Source of the DNA: an uncultured delta proteobacterium
Lineage (GTDB): Bacteria > Desulfobacterota > RBG-13-43-22
DNA: 64,000 nt
Assembly: GCA_963711835.1 (NCBI GenBank)
Contig: CAVQFQ010000022.1
Location: 1 to 64,000, forward strand
Direction of reading: 5' to 3'
Positions 58,846-64,000 of the stretch are shown here, one piece after another. How positions within the stretch are numbered: position 1 is the stretch's first letter; the number at the start of each line of letters is the position of its first letter. The notes under the pieces were generated by a model that was not told where the DNA came from, searched no databases, and saw only the letters and a program-made list of their open reading frames with translations. Both the position numbers and the translations under genes were made by a program.

Positions 58846-60384
58846 ATGCCGCCCAAAAGAAAATTTCCCCCCTATTACTGGAGAAGGATATCCCAGGCTG
58901 TTTTCCTGATCCTATTCCTGGTCCTTTTTCGTTTGACCGATTACTCGGGCCAGGACGAGATTCCCCTGGCTGTCAACATCTTTTTCCGCCTCGATCCCCT
59001 GGTGGCGGCCTCAGCCATCTTGGCCGGGAAGGCCGTCATCACCCTGGTTCTCTGGTCTTTGATTGTCGTCGGCCTGACCTTGATCTTAGGGCGCTTTTTC
59101 TGCGGCTGGTTTTGTCCTTTGGGAACGCTCCTTGACCTTTCTCATCGTCTTTTGCCTCCCCGCAAAAAATCAGTCAGCAGCGAGTGGCGGAAAGGGAAAT
59201 ATTTTCTTCTGGGATTTATTCTTATTTCGGCCCTGTTCGGACTTCCAGTAGTCGGTTATTTCGATCCTTTTTCCCTGCTCGTCCGGGGATTGACGCTGGC
59301 CGTAGACCCTTTTTTCAATTGGACGGTGACCGCGCCTTTTGATCTGATCTATCAAATCGGCCCAAAAACCATGACCGCGGTAAGTGAACCGATCTACGAT
59401 TCCCTGAAAAGATTCCTCCTGCCCTATACACAAAAAACCTTCCTCTGGACCCTTTTGTCTCTCGCGATTCTCTTATCCATCTTTGCCCTGGAAAAACTGG
59501 AAAGACGCTTCTGGTGCCGCAACCTCTGTCCTTTAGGGGGCCTCTTGGCCCTGCTCTCACGGATAACCCTGCTTCGGGGTCATATTTTAGCAACCTGCAA
59601 GGGCTGTCAGGTCTGCACCCAAATCTGCCGAATGGGGGCCATTGATGACGAGAGAAGAATCGCCCCCGATGACTGCAATTTGTGCCTGGATTGCTTAGAC
59701 AAGTGCCCAACCAGCATCATTTCCTTTAATTTTAAAAGGCCGGAAGAAAAAATGGCGCCCCTGGGTATATCCAGAAGGTCTTTCGTGGGAATGCTTTCCT
59801 CCGGGATACTCCTGCCCGCTTTCTTCCGCATCAGGGGCGAAGGAAAGACCCCTGATCCTTTTCTGATTCGTCCGCCGGGCGCCTTGAAAGAAAAGGATTT
59901 TTTGAATCGCTGCGTCCGCTGCGGCGAGTGCATGAAGGTCTGCATCAACAATGCCCTTCATCCCGCGCTGCTCGAGTCGGGGCTGGAAGGCATGTTTTCG
60001 CCGCGCCTGGTACCTCGAATCGGCTATTGCGAATTCAACTGCACCCTCTGCGGCCAGGTCTGCCCGACCGGGGCCATCCGCAGGTTGGCCTTACAGGAAA
60101 AGCAACGGACCGTCATCGGGATCGCCTATTTTGACAAGAACCATTGCCTCCCTTATGCCAAGGGAATCCCCTGCATCGTCTGCGAAGAACACTGCCCCAC
60201 CCCGGACAAGGCCATTAAATTTCATGAGGTGATGACCACGAATCCCGAAGGCCAATTGGTGAAAATCAAACAACCCTATCTGGTCGATAAGCTTTGCATC
60301 GGCTGCGGCATCTGCGAAAACCGCTGTCCTTTGGAAGGGAAAAAAGGAGTGGTGGTTGAAGGGAAAAGTCCTGTTGTGGTCTAA
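58846..60384 (+). CDS. Membrane polyferredoxin (NapH/MauN + NapG/MauM-like fusion)
   Basis: GRFFCGWFCPLG, RFWCRNLCPLG, RPPGA, several CxxCxxCxxxC(P) motifs. Confidence 0.9.
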   Translation: MPPKRKFPPYYWRRISQAVFLILFLVLFRLTDYSGQDEIPLAVNIFFRLDPLVAASAILAGKAVITLVLWSLIVVGLTLILGRFFCGWFCPLGTLLDLSHRLLPPRKKSVSSEWRKGKYFLLGFILISALFGLPVVGYFDPFSLLVRGLTLAVDPFFNWTVTAPFDLIYQIGPKTMTAVSEPIYDSLKRFLLPYTQKTFLWTLLSLAILLSIFALEKLERRFWCRNLCPLGGLLALLSRITLLRGHILATCKGCQVCTQICRMGAIDDERRIAPDDCNLCLDCLDKCPTSIISFNFKRPEEKMAPLGISRRSFVGMLSSGILLPAFFRIRGEGKTPDPFLIRPPGALKEKDFLNRCVRCGECMKVCINNALHPALLESGLEGMFSPRLVPRIGYCEFNCTLCGQVCPTGAIRRLALQEKQRTVIGIAYFDKNHCLPYAKGIPCIVCEEHCPTPDKAIKFHEVMTTNPEGQLVKIKQPYLVDKLCIGCGICENRCPLEGKKGVVVEGKSPVVV

Positions 60385-60400
60385 GGGGTGATTTGAAACT

Positions 60401-61687
60401 TTAGTTTTTTAAAATTATCGGTAGATATAAGGATCTTACATTGGGACCGGTAAGAAATACGCCGTAAACCTCTCCACCAGAAAAATCGGCATTTTTCCAA
60501 TCAAGAACCCCAAAATATCGAAAACCGTCATAGAGAAAGAAGGGACCGACAGGGATTTTGTTGTTCTGGGTTTCGGCAATGGTTAACCAGTCGGTACCAA
60601 GGGGATTAAAGCTCAGGTCAAAAAATCTCACTTTGGACCTTACCGGGGAAGTAAACGGAGGTCCCCACCCTTGAGAAAGGGTTGCCTGGTAACTCTGACC
60701 GTCAAAGGCACTAACCCAGCAGCCTAAAAGCGTTTGCCCGTCGTAAAGCGTGATTTCGTCCGTGCTCACCCCCCCTGCTTCCGTCACAGTCCTGACGAAA
60801 TGGCGGACACTGTCTTCTAGTGTTTTATCTGAAAGACTGACCACATATTCACTGTTATTATACAAAACCGGGATGGGGTAATTTCCCGGAGTAGTTGTTG
60901 TCGTCAGGTCATTGAAGATTGGAAAATTAGAGTCAACCTTTGTCCCCGATTGGTGGTCGATGCGCTGTCCGTAAGTGCTATTGTCGTACGGGGCGACTGC
61001 CTGGTACTTTTTCCAGGCCACGAGGCAGTTGGATCCACCGCAGGCCACCCCAGCCCCTATGCCTTGGGCTTCAGTCACCAGGATTTCACTGAAGAGCAAT
61101 TCACCCGTTTTGGAGACAAACCGGGCATAAATATGCCACCCTGAAGAACGGGTATCGCTCCAGACCACGAGATAGTTAGTTCCATCAAAGACAACCCAAC
61201 GCGAATCGCTTCCCTGGTTGCCTGCCGCCTCGCATATGGGAAAAGAAACCCCCACTGGCGTTCCTAAGGCAGTGATAAACTGGCCGTACAAGTTAGAACG
61301 GTCCCCAGGGTTTTCAAAGTCTTCCCAGACCAGAAGATAATTTGTCCCGTCAAAGGCCACGGCGGGAAGACCTCCATTCCGCCCCAGGCTGATGCGATCA
61401 CCAATCGGATCGCCAGAGCGGGAAACAAGTTGGGCGGTAACCCAATAAGGATTTGTCCCATCTCCTTGTATCCCCACCAGGTAATTAGTCCCATCAAAGG
61501 CCGCGCTTAGAGAGGTTTGGGCTTGGGCGCCAACGGCAATGGGAAAGGTATAGAGGGATTGCAATCTCTGCGTTCGAGCCTCAGGGGGGACTTGAGCCTG
61601 GGAATTGCCAAGCCCCGATATAAGCAGAATTGTAAAAACACAACAAAGAAGTTTCATCCCCATCATCTCTTTCCTCTTTTTTCGCAT
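60401..61687 (-). CDS. Secreted beta-propeller-like repeat protein with C-terminal YLPIILK tail
   Basis: Signal peptide; seven xFDGxxYLVxW-type repeats. Confidence 0.8.
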   Translation of the reverse strand: MRKKRKEMMGMKLLCCVFTILLISGLGNSQAQVPPEARTQRLQSLYTFPIAVGAQAQTSLSAAFDGTNYLVGIQGDGTNPYWVTAQLVSRSGDPIGDRISLGRNGGLPAVAFDGTNYLLVWEDFENPGDRSNLYGQFITALGTPVGVSFPICEAAGNQGSDSRWVVFDGTNYLVVWSDTRSSGWHIYARFVSKTGELLFSEILVTEAQGIGAGVACGGSNCLVAWKKYQAVAPYDNSTYGQRIDHQSGTKVDSNFPIFNDLTTTTTPGNYPIPVLYNNSEYVVSLSDKTLEDSVRHFVRTVTEAGGVSTDEITLYDGQTLLGCWVSAFDGQSYQATLSQGWGPPFTSPVRSKVRFFDLSFNPLGTDWLTIAETQNNKIPVGPFFLYDGFRYFGVLDWKNADFSGGEVYGVFLTGPNVRSLYLPIILKN

Positions 61688-61864
61688 TCCTGTTAATAAC
61701 TATAATACCAAGGAGGATTATAGCCTTTATTTTTGAGTTATTGCAAAGATTATTGGCGAATGAACCTGCCCTCAGTCCGCGCGGTAGTAAGGAAAAACTG
61801 GATTCCGCATCAGGTGCGGAATGACCAAAAAAGGTGAGCCCCTATCAAGCGAGGGATTCTCAAG

Positions 61865-62560
61865 CTAAGGGGTGGCAAAAGAGGCCTTTAATTCGGCGTC
61901 GGAGGGCCGGATATAATGGGGGCGAATGTCATCCAAAGGAGTCGGACCCTCTGATTTCAGGCGCTGATAGGCCAGGGTTCCCAGGATGAATGGGGAGATA
62001 CTATGAAAGGGTATGGCAGGAAGGATGGCCCTCCCACCCAAGGTTTGTTGAAAAAAATCCCGGTATAACAAGGCCCCGTTGCCCACCAGGATTACCGGCT
62101 CCTTGATTGATTCAACCACCTGCTGGGGTTTATTATTCCTCGCCTGCCCCAGGGAAACCCTTTTCCCCTCTTCATCCAACCGGTAAAAGGCATAAAAGAC
62201 TTCCTTCTTTCGGGCATCAATCAAGGGACAGATCATAAGGGGACTGCAAGGTAGGCCCGCGGCCAGGACCTCCAGGGTGGAAAGGCCAACTACGGGTTTC
62301 CCGGTGGCCAAGGCCAGGCCCTTGACGGTAGCCAGGCCGATACGAAGTCCCGTGAAGCTGCCCGGACCGACTGTGACCGCCCAGAGATCCACGTCGGTGA
62401 TCTTACAGTCCGTCTGTTCCAGAAGAAAGAGGATAGCCTTCCAGAGGAGATGAGTGTGGGTTTTTACGGTCCGGAACTGGCACTGGGCCAGGAGCAGCTC
62501 GTCTTCAAGCAGGGCCACCCCCCCGGTTTCGGTTGCGGTATCCAGGGCCAGGATCTTCAT
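61865..62560 (-). CDS. tsaB: tRNA threonylcarbamoyladenosine biosynthesis protein
   Basis: ILALDTAT, GPGSFTGLRIG, DARKKEVF, PHYIRPSDAE. Confidence 0.95.
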   Translation of the reverse strand: MKILALDTATETGGVALLEDELLLAQCQFRTVKTHTHLLWKAILFLLEQTDCKITDVDLWAVTVGPGSFTGLRIGLATVKGLALATGKPVVGLSTLEVLAAGLPCSPLMICPLIDARKKEVFYAFYRLDEEGKRVSLGQARNNKPQQVVESIKEPVILVGNGALLYRDFFQQTLGGRAILPAIPFHSISPFILGTLAYQRLKSEGPTPLDDIRPHYIRPSDAELKASFATP

Positions 62561-63699
62561 TGCTGGATGATGCGAAGAATATCATTATAGAAGACGAAGA
62601 CCATCAGTAAAATCAAAATCGCCATCCCGATTTGCTGAGCCAATTCCCTTTTTTTCAGGCTCAGAGGCCTTCTCATAACCCCTTCAATACCGAAAAACAG
62701 GAGGTGTCCTCCGTCCAGGATCGGTATGGGCAGCAGATTGAGGATGCCCAGATTAATGCTTAACAGGGCGGCAAAGAAAAGGAGGTTTGTCCAGCCTTCC
62801 TGGGCCTGCTGGCCGGCCAATTGGGCGATCAGGATGGGCCCGCCCAGGGTATCCAAGGGCACTTTTTGCTGGATAAGTTTAACCACGCTCAGCACGGTCA
62901 TCTTGGAGATGGTCCAGGTCTGGACCACCGCATCCCTCAGGGCCTCCAGGGGGCCTTGCGCCCGGGTAATAAATTTCCCTGAAGGGCTGATACCGATAAT
63001 CGTTTCCCGGACCTCCTCCCCAAAGATGTTTTTAACCGGGCTGCTGATCGGGGTCACTTCGGTCCGGTAGCGTTGCTTCCCCCGTTCAAAAATAACCGGA
63101 ATGGCCCGGTTTGGATTTTGCTTAATCACTTCGGGCAATTCTTTCCAGTTCCGGATGGTCCGGCCAGCCACCTGGACTATGGTGTCACCCGAGCGCAGCC
63201 CGGCTTTATAGGCCGGATAATTGGGTTTCACTTCGCCGATCTCATTGGTCAGAATCATTTGTCCCAGCAACAGGAAGACCCAAAAGAAGACCAGGACGGC
63301 AAAGAGAAAATTTGAAAAAGGACCGCAAAAGACGATCAGCATCCTCTTCCAGAGGGCCTTATGGGAAAAGGAGACCTGCTGATCCTCAGCGGTTAGGTCT
63401 TCATCCGGACCCTCGCCGGTCATCTTGACATAACCCCCCAAGGGAATGGCTGAAACCCGGTAATCCGTTTCACCCACCTTCAATCCCAGCAATCGGGGAC
63501 CGAAGCCGAAAGAAAAAGTCACTACCCGAACTCCAAAGGCTTTAGCAGCCAGGAAATGCCCCAATTCGTGAAAAAAGATCAACAGCCCCAGAACAATAAC
63601 GAACGGGATCACTTTATAAAGAAATCCTAAGAGCCAGGGAGAGAGTTCCAGGGCCGCCAAGAGGTTCAACTGAACTAAGGGGAAGGCAATAAAATTCAT
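62557..63699 (-). CDS. rseP: RIP metalloprotease
   Basis: HELGH, IPLGGYVKM, PDZ domain, NLLPIPILDGGH. Confidence 0.95.
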   Translation of the reverse strand: MNFIAFPLVQLNLLAALELSPWLLGFLYKVIPFVIVLGLLIFFHELGHFLAAKAFGVRVVTFSFGFGPRLLGLKVGETDYRVSAIPLGGYVKMTGEGPDEDLTAEDQQVSFSHKALWKRMLIVFCGPFSNFLFAVLVFFWVFLLLGQMILTNEIGEVKPNYPAYKAGLRSGDTIVQVAGRTIRNWKELPEVIKQNPNRAIPVIFERGKQRYRTEVTPISSPVKNIFGEEVRETIIGISPSGKFITRAQGPLEALRDAVVQTWTISKMTVLSVVKLIQQKVPLDTLGGPILIAQLAGQQAQEGWTNLLFFAALLSINLGILNLLPIPILDGGHLLFFGIEGVMRRPLSLKKRELAQQIGMAILILLMVFVFYNDILRIIQQ

Positions 63700-63718
63700 A
63701 GCGTGTTTTCCTTAAGGA

Positions 63719-64000
63719 TTAATGGTGATGTTTTCTTATCCAGCTCTTGGCCTGCCTGCGGGCCCAGTGATCGACCGCTAAAATATCCTCTATGTTCCGG
63801 GGTCTTATTTTTATGTGTCCGGAGAGGGTCTCCTGGATTACCACCGGAATTTCCTGATAGTCCAAGCGGCCTTCCAAAAAAGCCGATACCGCTATCTCAT
63901 TAGCGGCGTTCAAGACCGCCGGCAGGCTTCCGCCGGCCTTCCCGGCTTCCAGAGCCAGCTTCAAACAAGGGAATTTGTTCAAGTCGGGCTGATAAAAGGT
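63719..64000 (-). CDS. dxr: 1-deoxy-D-xylulose-5-phosphate reductoisomerase, 3' part
   Basis: FPCLKLA, VLNAANEIAVSAFL, DHWAR; dxr-rseP synteny. Confidence 0.93.
   Translation of the reverse strand, partial: TFYQPDLNKFPCLKLALEAGKAGGSLPAVLNAANEIAVSAFLEGRLDYQEIPVVIQETLSGHIKIRPRNIEDILAVDHWARRQAKSWIRKHHH

Noticed and set aside
61797-61826. Short REP-like hairpin TGGATTCCGCA-TCAGG-TGCGGAATGAC
   Set aside because: Single copy here of a common repeat style; cannot be told apart from a terminator
1-64000. CRISPR array, rRNA or intact integrase/transposase
   Set aside because: No regularly spaced repeat-spacer run, rRNA signature or full recombinase ORF seen

Overview
A roughly 50%-GC chromosomal segment whose gene content and style suggest an anaerobic Desulfobacterota (deltaproteobacterial) host; this is inference, no search was run. 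It lies near the replication terminus, judging by a deltaproteobacterial-type dif site at 53316-53343. Core content: four tRNA genes (Arg-CCT, His-GTG, two Lys-CTT), a fused AccA-AccD-like carboxyltransferase, glycan genes (GmhB, O-antigen-ligase family, WecA-like, two GT2), a LonC-type protease, LemA, a sigma54-driven type IV pilin, TrpB2, TilS, a GlrK/QseG/GlrR-like signalling trio, pcm, two tandem MTA/SAH-deaminase-like genes with a Nudix-PNP fusion, an MSHA-like pilus operon with six apparent frameshifts, thrC, rlmH, ttcA, DUF362/polyferredoxin, tsaB, rseP and dxr. Accessory DNA includes: a probable island at tRNA-Arg (GC-rich RND pump, internally deleted group II intron); a 2.1-kb AT-rich islet between ~320-bp direct repeats that duplicate a whole tRNA-Lys and carry a DUF3467-HicB-like-HicA-like operon, an orphan BrnA and an IS200 relic; and several families of MITE/palindromic elements. 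The best candidates for something new are (1) a structured ~130-nt leader with mutually exclusive terminator/antiterminator pairings upstream of a nitroreductase, (2) the three-gene DUF3467/HicB/HicA module, (3) a shared C-terminal (Y/F)LPxIx(R/K) tail on two secreted proteins, and (4) tandem NrdR-like boxes in front of the pilus assembly genes.
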